Shown here piece by piece: positions 36,443-49,864 of a stretch of 64,000 nt of DNA. The first letter of the stretch is position 1, and each line of letters starts with the position of its first letter. The DNA lies in assembly GCA_947168525.1 (NCBI GenBank), contig CAMVMG010000003.1, forward strand, positions 93,823-157,822, in the 5' to 3' direction. Below the pieces are notes generated by a model. The model had not been told where the DNA came from, did not search any database, and worked only from the letters and a program-made list of their open reading frames with translations. This stretch comes from an uncultured Bacteroidales bacterium. Lineage in GTDB: Bacteria > Bacteroidota > Bacteroidia > Bacteroidales > UBA932. The position numbers and the translations under genes are program-made.

Positions 36443-40593
<4,151 letters not shown>

Positions 40594-40627
40594 TATAATC
40601 AGTAGGAAAAACAAGCCTTCCGGCCGG

Positions 40628-42271
40628 TCAGAAACTGTACTGCGCCCCTATCGAGAAATAGATGCCGCGCTCTGCGTGGAAAAGGGTCCGCTGTACCTCC
40701 ATATTCAGCAGGTTCCCCACCCGGATCCAGGCCGCCATGCGGCGGGTGAAACCGTATTCCCCATAAAGGCCCAGGTCTGCATAGCCGGGAATGTGCAGCT
40801 GCACATCCGTATTGCCCTCCGGAAGCTGGAGCACACGTTCCGTGGCCGCATGCAGATCCACACCGGCCTTGATCCGGCCGCCCCAATTGTACAGGAACTT
40901 GAACTGAGCGGTGAAAGCGGGCGGCGCGAAGATGTAGTCGCTGGAAAGGGTGGTGCGCTGATATCTCAGATGGACATCGGCATCCAGACGCTCGGAGGTC
41001 CAGCCGGCTTTGGCATCGGCATAGAACAGGCTGTAGCTGGCCCGTCCTGCGCTGGGATAGGAAGAAGCCCAGCTGGTATCGTAGCCATAGCCCCACTCAA
41101 GCGCGTTGGCGCGGAACGCATACCCGCCGTTCACGTTGTAATGCATCCGTTCTGCAATGTTTCCCCGGATACCGGCCGACACATGCACCGTTTCCGCCTC
41201 GAAATCCAGCGCCGTGCGCAGGAAGGAAGGCAGGAAATGGTTTCCTTCCAGCAGTGAACCGTACGTCTCCAGCTGGTTGCCGCCCGTTACGGAGGCCTGC
41301 AGTACAAAACTTTCCGGAATCACCTGATAATCCACATACACATCCGGGAACAGATAATGGTCGTGCGTGGGATAGAAATACTCGTCGGAGCGGAATGGGA
41401 AGGAAGCCTTGAGGCCCAGGTTGAGAGAGAAACTTCCCGCCTGGAAGACATAACGCGGAATCAAGGAAAGCTCTCCGGCCTGCCCTTCTCCGGTGAACAC
41501 GCCTTCCACCTGATAATCCAGACGGAGCTGGCTGCGCCGGAGGTTGGCGCCCAGGCCGCCGTCAGACAGAAGATACGTTTCCTTGAGGCCTTCCCGGACC
41601 AGGTGACGTGCCTGAACCCCTACATTGTAGTAGAAGGACGTCTGGGGGGCGGACTGTACCCGCGCCTGCAGGGCCGCGATATGGTGCGCCGTCTCCTGGA
41701 AGGCGTCGGAAGAGAAAATGTTCCGGTAATGAATGTCGGCCGTGAGCATGCCTTTATCCCAGCCGTAGAGGGTATTTACGCCGACGGAAGACAGGGCGTC
41801 TGCCCCACCGTAAAGGGTTCCGTCCCCCCGGAAATAATAATCATTGTCGATGGCGATATTGCGGTAATGGCCGAAATAGCCTTGGTGCCTGCCGTAGAGA
41901 TTAACTCGGAAGTTGTCCTTTTTCACGGGGCTCCACACCGCATCCAGCTCAGGATGGAAGCCATACCCGGCCCCGAGACGGAGGAAAAGAGTCTGTTCCT
42001 CATAGGAACGGGGAGCGGTGCGCAGCTGTACCAGATAGGGATTGAATTCGTAGGCACCCCGGTACGGCGTGGTGCGCACCTCGTAATCCATGTCCAGATT
42101 GAACTTAAGGAGCGAGTCCGGCACGGCCATCTGCTGCAGCGGTTTCTCGATGCCGGTAGCAGCCTGCTCGTACATGTTGGTCACTTCCACCACCGGATTC
42201 AGGTTCTGGGCCATCGCCGGGATCCCGACCAGCAGCGCCAGGGCTGCGGAAAACTGTATAGTGTGTCTCAT
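40628..42271 (-). CDS. Outer-membrane beta-barrel protein (TonB-receptor-like annotation)
   Basis: Signal peptide, alternating beta-strand pattern, and C-terminal FSIGAQYSF BAM signal. Confidence 0.85.
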   Translation of the reverse strand: MRHTIQFSAALALLVGIPAMAQNLNPVVEVTNMYEQAATGIEKPLQQMAVPDSLLKFNLDMDYEVRTTPYRGAYEFNPYLVQLRTAPRSYEEQTLFLRLGAGYGFHPELDAVWSPVKKDNFRVNLYGRHQGYFGHYRNIAIDNDYYFRGDGTLYGGADALSSVGVNTLYGWDKGMLTADIHYRNIFSSDAFQETAHHIAALQARVQSAPQTSFYYNVGVQARHLVREGLKETYLLSDGGLGANLRRSQLRLDYQVEGVFTGEGQAGELSLIPRYVFQAGSFSLNLGLKASFPFRSDEYFYPTHDHYLFPDVYVDYQVIPESFVLQASVTGGNQLETYGSLLEGNHFLPSFLRTALDFEAETVHVSAGIRGNIAERMHYNVNGGYAFRANALEWGYGYDTSWASSYPSAGRASYSLFYADAKAGWTSERLDADVHLRYQRTTLSSDYIFAPPAFTAQFKFLYNWGGRIKAGVDLHAATERVLQLPEGNTDVQLHIPGYADLGLYGEYGFTRRMAAWIRVGNLLNMEVQRTLFHAERGIYFSIGAQYSF

Positions 42272-42274
42272 GTT

Positions 42275-45196
42275 CTACTGCAATTTACGGAGTCTTACAT
42301 CCACCTGGTCAAGGACATCGTCCTCTGCTCCCGAAGGGGTGTAGCCGGAGCGTATACTCTCGAAGGTAGCCTTGGCCTGGGCCGTGTTGCCCTGCTCTGC
42401 GAAACTGTCGCCCAGCACGATGAAAGCCTTAGCCAGCCAGTAATTCTGGCCGCCGGCTTTGTCGGCGAAGGCATACACGCGTTCCTGGATCTGGCCAAAC
42501 TGGGCCCGGTCGAACAGGTCCTGGATCACCAGATAGGCGGCCTCCGCCCCCTCCGGCGTAGAAGGCTGCCTGGAGAGCTCCTGGAAATCGGAGAGGGCCT
42601 CTGCGCGGCGGCTGGTGCTGAAGAAGGACTTGGCCCGCACATACAGGGCTTCCCGCTGCAGGGCGGCGTCCTTGGCGCCAGTCAGCGGCTGGGCGGCCGC
42701 GATGGCGTCTTCCCACTGCTTGGCCCGGAAGGCAGAGCGCATCAGGCCTGCGGCGGCCGAAGCTTTGTTCTCGTCCAGACGGGCCTGCTCCTGCAGGCGG
42801 AGATAGGCGCCGTATGCCTTGCCATAGTTTCCCAGGGTGTAGTTGAGGTGGGCGTATTGCAGGAGGGCCGATTCAGACAGGGCGGCGTCCAATCCGCCTT
42901 CCAGGGCAGCCTGGTACTGGTCGGCCGCCTGCTCCAGGGCACCGGAAGCGCGGTAGCACTCGCCCAGGTAAAACCGGGCCTTGGCCCCGTACACCGGGCG
43001 CGGATAGCGCTCCAGATAGGCTTGCAGGGTGGTAGTGGCCTTGGCGATGTCGCCGGAAAGGAAAATCTGTTCGGCCGTGGAAAAATACACTTCTTCTTTC
43101 TGCTCTTCGGAACGGTGAGCGTCGCCGCCCAGGCTGTTCACATAGGCCAGATAGGCGTCCGGATCCTGACGGGAACGGTAAATGGATTCGATAGCCAGGA
43201 GGGCATCCTCGGCATGGTCTCCCCCGCCCTGAACCACCTGCTTGTACAGGCGGAGGGCATCCTCGTCACGGCCCTGGTTGCGGGCGATAGTGCCCAGCTC
43301 CAGGATGGCCAGCGTGGCCATGGAAGGGTCTTTGGTGGTTTTCTCAAGCGTGGTAAAAGCCTCCGTGGCCTCCTGATGCGCGCCCGTAGCCACATAAGCC
43401 CGGCCCAGCTCATAGTATGTCTCACTGTAATAAGGGGCGGCGGGAGAGGCGTGTTTCACCCCCTCCAGGAAGCGGATCTTTGCGGCATCGTCCTGCAGCA
43501 GGCCGCTGGCCACGCCGGCGCGGAACGCAGGATACAGGTCGTCCGGATCCGGATAGTCCCGCATCTTTTTCTCGTAGGCGCCGATGGCACCCGGGTAATC
43601 GGCCCGGAAGAAATAGCAGTCGCCGATGCGCGTCTGGGCATCTCCGCCGTACTGGCTGTGCCGTCCGCCCAGGTAAATGCCGAACCAGCGGAGCGCCTGC
43701 TCGTAATTGCCTTCCTTGAAATAGGTGTAGGCGATCTGGTACGGAAGCAGTTCACCCTCGGCCTGGCCGGGAAGGGCGCTCAGGTTGTACAGGTCCGTGA
43801 GGATACCCCGGGCATCCCCATACTTGCCGTCCCGGTAATAGGCCTCCGCCATCCAGTAACGGGACAGCTGGTTGAATCCGTCCCTGGAAGGGCTGTAATA
43901 AGCCGCCGTTTTCAGATGCGGCACGGCAGCGCGCCAGGAACCCATTTCCATGAGCTGGCGGGCACGGAGAAAATAGGCCTTCATGTAGTTGCTTTGCATG
44001 GCGGGTTCCAGCACGTCCAGGTTGTCGTAGGCCTCCACGGCGGCCTCGTAATCGTGGTTCTGAAGGGCTACCATGGCCATGTAGGAATAGATTTGGTCGC
44101 CACGGGACTTGGTGTCGAACCGGCTCAGGTACTCCTGGAAAGGAGCGGTATCCTTGCCCAGGTCGAACGCCAGCTTGGCGTAATTGAAGAAGGCGTCTTC
44201 CTTCACTTCCGGTGAAAAATCCAGTTTTGCGGCGTCGTGGAAAGCCTCCAGGGCGGCCACTTTGTTCTTGAGCTGGATTCGGCTGTAACCCAGCTGATAG
44301 GAAGCCATCTGCCCCAGGGAATCCGGCACTGCGCACACCTTTTCAAAGTTGTCGGCAGCCTGTTCCCAGTCCTGGGCCAGGTACATCATCTCGCCTGCGT
44401 AGAAATAGTCGGCACGAGTCTTGGCCTCAGTGCCGCTCAGATGACGGTCGTAATAGGCGCGGGCCCTGTCCACATCGCCCCTTACCAGGTAGGATTCGCT
44501 GATCATGCGGGCCAGGCGGGGCTTGCGGTCTTGAGGGGCGGCATCCAGCATGGCTTCCCCGTTGCGGACCACATAGGCATAATCCTTCTCGTTGAAACGG
44601 CACTCCAGGATGTAGTACTTGGCCAGGTCTTGGAAGCGGACATCCCCGCCGGCCTTCTGGAACCAGTCCTCTGCCTCCCGGAAACGCTCATGGGAATAGT
44701 TCAGATACCCCAGGGTGTAGCACGAGGGGGCGGTATAGTCCGAGTAGGGCAGTTTGCTCACGGCCGACAGCACCTGCGCGGCATACTGCCATTCGCCGGC
44801 GCGGTAGGCGCTGTAGCCCAGTTTGTAGGAGTACTCCGGAATCTGGGATTTCTGGAGCTGGTCCTCCTTGATGGAGGAGAGTAGCAGCAGGACCCGCTGA
44901 TAGTCTTCCTGGTCGAAGAGGTCCATGGCCTGGAAGAACGAAACCTGCGGCACCAGCACGGATTCCGGCCAGTTCTGCAGGTAGGCCTCGGCCAGCTCCT
45001 GCCGGTTGTCCAGTTTCAGTGCCAGGGCCGACAGGGCGCGATAGCCTTCCGGCATGGCTCCATGCTGCCCTTCAAGGGAAGCGATGGACGCAGCATACAG
45101 TCCTTTTTGATAATATTGCCTTCCTGCGTCCCACTCCTGGGCCCAGACGGAAGAGAATAGGAATGCGGCGGAAAGCGCCACGAAGATTCTTTTCAT
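42275..45196 (-). CDS. Large secreted tetratricopeptide-repeat protein
   Basis: Signal peptide MKRIF…VWA (start 45196); many TPR-like repeats (YYLGY, YQLGY, YELGRAY, FYLGECY). Confidence 0.9.
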   Translation of the reverse strand: MKRIFVALSAAFLFSSVWAQEWDAGRQYYQKGLYAASIASLEGQHGAMPEGYRALSALALKLDNRQELAEAYLQNWPESVLVPQVSFFQAMDLFDQEDYQRVLLLLSSIKEDQLQKSQIPEYSYKLGYSAYRAGEWQYAAQVLSAVSKLPYSDYTAPSCYTLGYLNYSHERFREAEDWFQKAGGDVRFQDLAKYYILECRFNEKDYAYVVRNGEAMLDAAPQDRKPRLARMISESYLVRGDVDRARAYYDRHLSGTEAKTRADYFYAGEMMYLAQDWEQAADNFEKVCAVPDSLGQMASYQLGYSRIQLKNKVAALEAFHDAAKLDFSPEVKEDAFFNYAKLAFDLGKDTAPFQEYLSRFDTKSRGDQIYSYMAMVALQNHDYEAAVEAYDNLDVLEPAMQSNYMKAYFLRARQLMEMGSWRAAVPHLKTAAYYSPSRDGFNQLSRYWMAEAYYRDGKYGDARGILTDLYNLSALPGQAEGELLPYQIAYTYFKEGNYEQALRWFGIYLGGRHSQYGGDAQTRIGDCYFFRADYPGAIGAYEKKMRDYPDPDDLYPAFRAGVASGLLQDDAAKIRFLEGVKHASPAAPYYSETYYELGRAYVATGAHQEATEAFTTLEKTTKDPSMATLAILELGTIARNQGRDEDALRLYKQVVQGGGDHAEDALLAIESIYRSRQDPDAYLAYVNSLGGDAHRSEEQKEEVYFSTAEQIFLSGDIAKATTTLQAYLERYPRPVYGAKARFYLGECYRASGALEQAADQYQAALEGGLDAALSESALLQYAHLNYTLGNYGKAYGAYLRLQEQARLDENKASAAAGLMRSAFRAKQWEDAIAAAQPLTGAKDAALQREALYVRAKSFFSTSRRAEALSDFQELSRQPSTPEGAEAAYLVIQDLFDRAQFGQIQERVYAFADKAGGQNYWLAKAFIVLGDSFAEQGNTAQAKATFESIRSGYTPSGAEDDVLDQVDVRLRKLQ

Positions 45197-45272
45197 CGGA
45201 TGTGTTTCTTCAATTTTACAAAAATACGAAAAAATCTGATTATATTTGCGTGATTGTGTCAAATATCGCGCC

Positions 45273-45965
45273 ATGGAACCTCTCATTCATTTCAGCGGAG
45301 CCGATATCCTTAACGGCGAAAGCATCGTCATTTACGGCCTGGACATGGATGTCATGCCGGGTGAGTTTGTCTATATCGTAGGCAAGGTCGGGTCCGGAAA
45401 AACTTCCATCATCCGCACCATCACGGCGGAGAACCGTCTCCACAGCGGAGAAGGGGTGGTGTGCGGTTTCAACCTGCGCACCCTCCGGCCCAAGGAAATC
45501 CCGTTCCTCAGGCGCAGCGTGGGCGTCGTGTTCCAGGATTTCCAGCTGCTGATGGACCGCACTGTGGAAAAGAACCTGGAATTCGTCCTCCGGGCCACCG
45601 GCTGGAAAGACAAGCAGGCGTCGGACGCCCGCATTTCAGAGGTCCTGGAAAGCGTAGGCATGATCACCAAGGCGCACAAGATGCCCCACCAACTCTCCGG
45701 CGGGGAGCAGCAACGCATCGCCATCGCCCGCGCCCTCCTCAACAAACCCTCCGTGATCCTGGCCGACGAACCCACCGGCAACCTGGACGGGGAAACCGCC
45801 GACGAGATCCTCCAGCTGCTGTGCTCGCTGAACGAGGCCGGCACAGCCGTGGTCATGGTCACCCACAACCGGAATATCTTCGAGAAATACCCCGGCCGCG
45901 TCTTCTCCTGCCAGAGAGAAAAATGCACGGAGGTGGTAGACGAAGGCATCGACGTCGTCCTATGA
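45273..45965 (+). CDS. FtsE-like ABC ATP-binding protein
   Basis: [25 protein letters not shown] and [10 protein letters not shown] motifs; no adjacent permease. Confidence 0.88.
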   Translation: MEPLIHFSGADILNGESIVIYGLDMDVMPGEFVYIVGKVGSGKTSIIRTITAENRLHSGEGVVCGFNLRTLRPKEIPFLRRSVGVVFQDFQLLMDRTVEKNLEFVLRATGWKDKQASDARISEVLESVGMITKAHKMPHQLSGGEQQRIAIARALLNKPSVILADEPTGNLDGETADEILQLLCSLNEAGTAVVMVTHNRNIFEKYPGRVFSCQREKCTEVVDEGIDVVL

Positions 45966-46600
45966 CCCGGAAGGAAAGAAGCCATGCCATCATGGACTGG
46001 TTCGCCCAGAACCAGCCTGTCGCCCAGACGGAGCTACATTACCAGGACCCCTTCCAACTGCTTGTGGCCGTGATTCTTAGCGCCCAGTGCACCGACAAGC
46101 GCGTGAACCTGGTCACGCCGCCGCTGTTCGAACGGTTTCCATCGGCCCGGGAACTGGCCGTGGCATCCTTCGACGAGGTATATCCTTACGTGAAAAGCGT
46201 TTCCTACCCCAACGCCAAGGCGCGTCACCTAATTGCCATGGCGCAGAAGCTGCTGGCCGATTTCGGCGGCACAGTCCCCGCCGATATTGATTCCCTGATG
46301 ACTCTTCCCGGAGTCGGCCGCAAAACCGCCAATGTGATTGCCTCCGTGGTGTATGACAAACCGGTGATTGCCGTGGACACGCATGTGTTCCGCGTGTCGC
46401 ACCGCCTGGGACTGTCCGACGGAAAAACACCCTATGCCGTGCAGCAGGACCTGGAACGGCATATTCCCCTGGAGCAGCGGGCCATCGCCCATCACTGGCT
46501 CATCCTGCACGGACGCTATATCTGCACCGCCCGCAAGCCTTCCTGCCACCGCTGCCCCCTCACGGCCTGGTGCCGGGAGTATCCGCTGCTTCACCACTGA
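45962..46600 (+). CDS. nth: Endonuclease III
   Basis: Start MTRKE at 45962; [11 protein letters not shown], Hh[19 protein letters not shown] and the 4Fe-4S motif [17 protein letters not shown]. Confidence 0.96.
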   Translation: MTRKERSHAIMDWFAQNQPVAQTELHYQDPFQLLVAVILSAQCTDKRVNLVTPPLFERFPSARELAVASFDEVYPYVKSVSYPNAKARHLIAMAQKLLADFGGTVPADIDSLMTLPGVGRKTANVIASVVYDKPVIAVDTHVFRVSHRLGLSDGKTPYAVQQDLERHIPLEQRAIAHHWLILHGRYICTARKPSCHRCPLTAWCREYPLLHH

Positions 46601-46643
46601 TTTTCGGTGGAGGCTATCCTCCTCTTTCTCAATGCTTTATAGG

Positions 46644-46677
46644 GTGTTCCTGTGTGCCGCAAAGCACACAGGAATAC
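46644..46677. terminator. Hairpin between convergent genes
   Basis: GTGTTCCTGTGTGC-CGCAAA-GCACACAGGAATAC. Confidence 0.75.
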
Positions 46678-46699
46678 TCCTTTATTGAGTAATAATCAA

Positions 46700-47893
46700 T
46701 TAGTTAGCCACCACCAGCAGATACCTGTCCCGACCGACAGTACAGCCAAAGATATGAACGGGGCCGCCGGAGCGGCATCCCAGCTTGGCACGGAGCTGCT
46801 CGGACGTTACGGGCAGATTGCGGGCCGTGACTTCTGCCGACGGAAAACGCCTGCCCAGTTCTTTGACGGAATGGTTGTTGAAGGGAACCGTTTCCAGAAT
46901 CCGGAACCATTTTCCAAACGGCGTCAGGGCAGGAACCGGCACCTGTACCGTATATAGATGCGTGTGCCGGGACAGCTTGGTCAGGCCGAAGCGGCAGGGC
47001 AGCGAGAAAGCACCGGCTTTCAGGAGCGCCTTCCCCGGCTCGAACAGCCATCCTTCCGGCGCCGATGCATAGACGGTCTCCTGCCCCTCCGGAATCTCCA
47101 TCACCGCCCCGCCTTCATACACCGTCAGCGAAGGCTTTCCTTCATATCCGCGCTCCAGCAGGAGCAGCAGTTCCTTGCACTCCCCTTCCGCAGCCACCAC
47201 ATGTACGGCTTTGACAGAGCCCAGCTGCCTGCACACCAGGGAGATATCAGCCATGGGGGAAAGCTTCAGCAGCACCCGGGGAGCCGCCTGCCATAGTTCC
47301 GGCAGCAGCTGCAGCACGTCCGGCCGACAATCTTCCAGACGGAACACCTTGCGCCCGTCGTCGGCCCTCCGCGCCGGATCCAGGAAAAGGATATCGGCCT
47401 GGAAATCCTCCAGAATCTCAGGGAGATTACCCGGCTGCAACTCCCGGTTCCGGACCGTGATATTGCCCACCCCCAGCACCTGGAAATTATGCCTGGCGGC
47501 ATCGGAGAGTGCGGGGTTCATTTCATTGTACAGCACTTCACCGAACTGCTGCGAAAAAGCCCAGCTGTCCACGCCCAGTCCGCCGGTCAGGTCTGCCAAA
47601 AAAGGACATGGGATGTCCTCGTCAGGCGTGACGCTGCAAGCAGAGAGAGCCACGGAAGCCTTATAACGTGCAGTTTCGGTGGAAGAACACTGTTCGGCCG
47701 AGAGCTTGAAAGGATACCGGAGTTGTGGAAAAACCACCCACTCCGGCACTTTGCCCCGGAGCTTCCGGCGGACTTCCAGGGTGCTTAGGGCCAGGGAGAA
47801 ATTCTCTACCTGCGCAGCCCATCTATCCCTGGAAAGGGCCAGGGCACCCAGGTCGTCCCCGTCGTGCTGCAATATGAAGGATGCAAAATCCAT
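46700..47893 (-). CDS. SAM-dependent methyltransferase with THUMP-like domain
   Basis: EQCSS, DLTGGLGVD, FLDPARR, LKLSPMADI, EPGKALLKAG and HTHLYT motifs; start MDFASF at 47893. Confidence 0.88.
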   Translation of the reverse strand: MDFASFILQHDGDDLGALALSRDRWAAQVENFSLALSTLEVRRKLRGKVPEWVVFPQLRYPFKLSAEQCSSTETARYKASVALSACSVTPDEDIPCPFLADLTGGLGVDSWAFSQQFGEVLYNEMNPALSDAARHNFQVLGVGNITVRNRELQPGNLPEILEDFQADILFLDPARRADDGRKVFRLEDCRPDVLQLLPELWQAAPRVLLKLSPMADISLVCRQLGSVKAVHVVAAEGECKELLLLLERGYEGKPSLTVYEGGAVMEIPEGQETVYASAPEGWLFEPGKALLKAGAFSLPCRFGLTKLSRHTHLYTVQVPVPALTPFGKWFRILETVPFNNHSVKELGRRFPSAEVTARNLPVTSEQLRAKLGCRSGGPVHIFGCTVGRDRYLLVVAN

Positions 47894-47966
47894 TTTGTTG
47901 CAAAAATACGTATAAATCTTTATATTTGTATGATTGGAAAGACAAACACTAAAACACATAAACACC

Positions 47967-49634
47967 ATGAAGGATTATATGGACGCCGCTAAAAGCTGGC
48001 TTGAAGGCAATTTCGATGAAGAGACCAAGGCAGAAGTCAAAAAGTTGATGGAATCGGACCCGGTAACGCTGGAAGATGCATTCTACCGCAACCTGGAGTT
48101 CGGCACCGGCGGCCTGCGGGGCACCATGGGCGTGGGCACCAACCGCATGAACAAGTACACGGTAGGCATGGCCACGCAGGGCCTTGCCAATTACATCAAG
48201 GCCCACGTAACCGGTGAAAAAAGCGTCTGCATCAGTTACGATGCCCGCAACAATTCCCAGCTCTTCGCCCAGATATCGGCCGATGTCCTGAGCAACAACG
48301 GCATCAAGGTATATCTGTTCGACAGTCTGCGTCCCACGCCGGAGCTCAGCTACAGCATCCGCGCCAAGAAGGCCACGGCGGGCATCATGGTCACCGCCAG
48401 CCACAACCCCAAGGAGTATAACGGCTACAAGGTCTTCTGGAGCGATGGCGGCCAGATTACCGCTCCCGTAGACAAAGACATCGTGGCAGAAGTCGCCCGG
48501 ATCGAGGATCCGGCCGATGTCCGCTTCACTCCCGTTCCCGGTGAAACCCCTGCCCCGGTGGAAATGATGGGCCGAGAAATGGACGAGTGCTACCTGCGGG
48601 ATATCACCTCCCTTGCCCTGAGCCCGGAGGCAGTCCGCAAGCACGCAGACCTCAAGATCGTCTATACCCCGCTGCACGGTTGCGGCGTACGCCTGATGCC
48701 GGAAGCCTTGAACCGCATCGGCTTCAAGAATATCATCCACGTGCCTGAGCAGGACGTGAACGACGGCAACTTCCCCACCGTGGTCTCCCCCAACCCGGAG
48801 GAGCCCGCTGCCATGGCCATGGCCCTCAGGAAGGCCGATGAAACCGGCGCAGACCTGGTCCTGGCCACAGACCCTGATGCAGACCGCCTGGGCATCGCCG
48901 TACGCGACAACGACGGCAATATGGTCCAGCTCACCGGCAACCAGACCTGGAGCTTCCTCACCTATTACATTCTCACCCGCTGGCAGGAGCTGGGCAAGCT
49001 GCAGGACGGAAAGGGCTACGTGGTCAAGACCATCGTCACCTCGGAACTGATCGCCGCCATCTGCGAAAGCTTCGGCGTCAAGTGTTACAATGTGCTCACC
49101 GGCTTCAAGTACATCGCAGAGGTGGTCAAGCGCAACGAGGGCAAGGGAACCTTCATCTGCGGCGGCGAGGAAAGCTACGGCTTCAACCTGGGCGAATTCG
49201 TGCGTGACAAATGCGCGCAGGTAGCCGGCATCATGGTGGCAGAATGCGCCGCCTGGGCCGCCGAGCAAGGTCTCACCCTGTACCAGCTGCTACAGAAGGT
49301 CTATCAGAAATATGGCCTGTACGAAGAAAAAATGGTATACATCGTCCGCAAAGGAAAATCCGGCGCGGAACAGATCCAGCAGATCATGGCGAATTACCGC
49401 AGCTGCCCGCCCAAGGAAATCGCCGGCAGCCCCCTTGTAAAGGTCATCGACTACAACAAACCGGAAGAGACCGGCCTCCCCAAGAGCAACGTCCTCCAGT
49501 TCTTTAACGCGGCGGGAGACGTGGTCTCCGTGCGTCCTTCCGGCACCGAACCCAAAATCAAGTTCTACTTCGGGGCCAAGGGCAGCGACGCCCGGGAGAA
49601 GATCGAACTGCTCAAGGCGCAGTTCATCAACTAA
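47967..49634 (+). CDS. Phosphoglucomutase/phosphomannomutase
   Basis: FGTGGLRG, TASHNP, DPDADR, GEESYG and RPSGTEPK motifs. Confidence 0.96.
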   Translation: MKDYMDAAKSWLEGNFDEETKAEVKKLMESDPVTLEDAFYRNLEFGTGGLRGTMGVGTNRMNKYTVGMATQGLANYIKAHVTGEKSVCISYDARNNSQLFAQISADVLSNNGIKVYLFDSLRPTPELSYSIRAKKATAGIMVTASHNPKEYNGYKVFWSDGGQITAPVDKDIVAEVARIEDPADVRFTPVPGETPAPVEMMGREMDECYLRDITSLALSPEAVRKHADLKIVYTPLHGCGVRLMPEALNRIGFKNIIHVPEQDVNDGNFPTVVSPNPEEPAAMAMALRKADETGADLVLATDPDADRLGIAVRDNDGNMVQLTGNQTWSFLTYYILTRWQELGKLQDGKGYVVKTIVTSELIAAICESFGVKCYNVLTGFKYIAEVVKRNEGKGTFICGGEESYGFNLGEFVRDKCAQVAGIMVAECAAWAAEQGLTLYQLLQKVYQKYGLYEEKMVYIVRKGKSGAEQIQQIMANYRSCPPKEIAGSPLVKVIDYNKPEETGLPKSNVLQFFNAAGDVVSVRPSGTEPKIKFYFGAKGSDAREKIELLKAQFIN

Positions 49635-49647
49635 ACCGGCTTACATC

Positions 49648-49669
49648 ATTCCCGGCTATGACCGGGAAT
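49648..49669 (+). terminator. Terminator after the phosphohexomutase gene
   Basis: ATTCCCGG-CTATGA-CCGGGAAT. Confidence 0.7.
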
Positions 49670-49673
49670 CTAA

Positions 49674-49719
49674 AAAATTACGGGATTTCTTGCAACTTTG
49701 CAGGAAATCCCGTAATTTT
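49674..49719. promoter_or_regulatory. Long inverted repeat overlapping the tRNA-Ala promoter
   Basis: AAAATTACGGGATTTCTTGCA-ACTT-TGCAGGAAATCCCGTAATTTT (21-bp arms, one mismatch); the right arm carries TAATTTTG. Confidence 0.65.
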
Positions 49720-49734
49720 GCACTCCTTTCAAAC

Positions 49735-49808
49735 GGGGTATTAGCTCAGTTGGCTAGAGCGATAGGTTCGCAATCTATAGGTCAGGGGTTCGACTCCCCT
49801 ATACTCCA
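49735..49808 (+). tRNA. tRNA-Ala(CGC)
   Basis: GGGGTAT/ATACTCC acceptor stem with the G3:U70 alanine determinant; anticodon loop TTCGCAA; GGGGTTCGACTCCCC T-arm. Confidence 0.95.
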
Positions 49809-49809
49809 C

Positions 49810-49845
49810 AAACCGCCGCCCTCCTATCAAGAAAGGCGGCGGTTT
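49810..49845. terminator. Bidirectional terminator
   Basis: AAACCGCCGCC…GGCGGCGGTTT. Confidence 0.8.
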
Positions 49846-49864
49846 TGTCATTAGGCCGGTCATT

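Noticed and set aside
47603-47633. Two adjacent mini-hairpins (AGGACAT-GGG-ATGTCCT and CGTCA-GGCG-TGACG) inside the methyltransferase gene, in a possible short insertion
   Set aside because: The arms are only 5-7 bp, have no sequence match to the uvrA element, and could arise by chance; an alignment with homologues would be needed.
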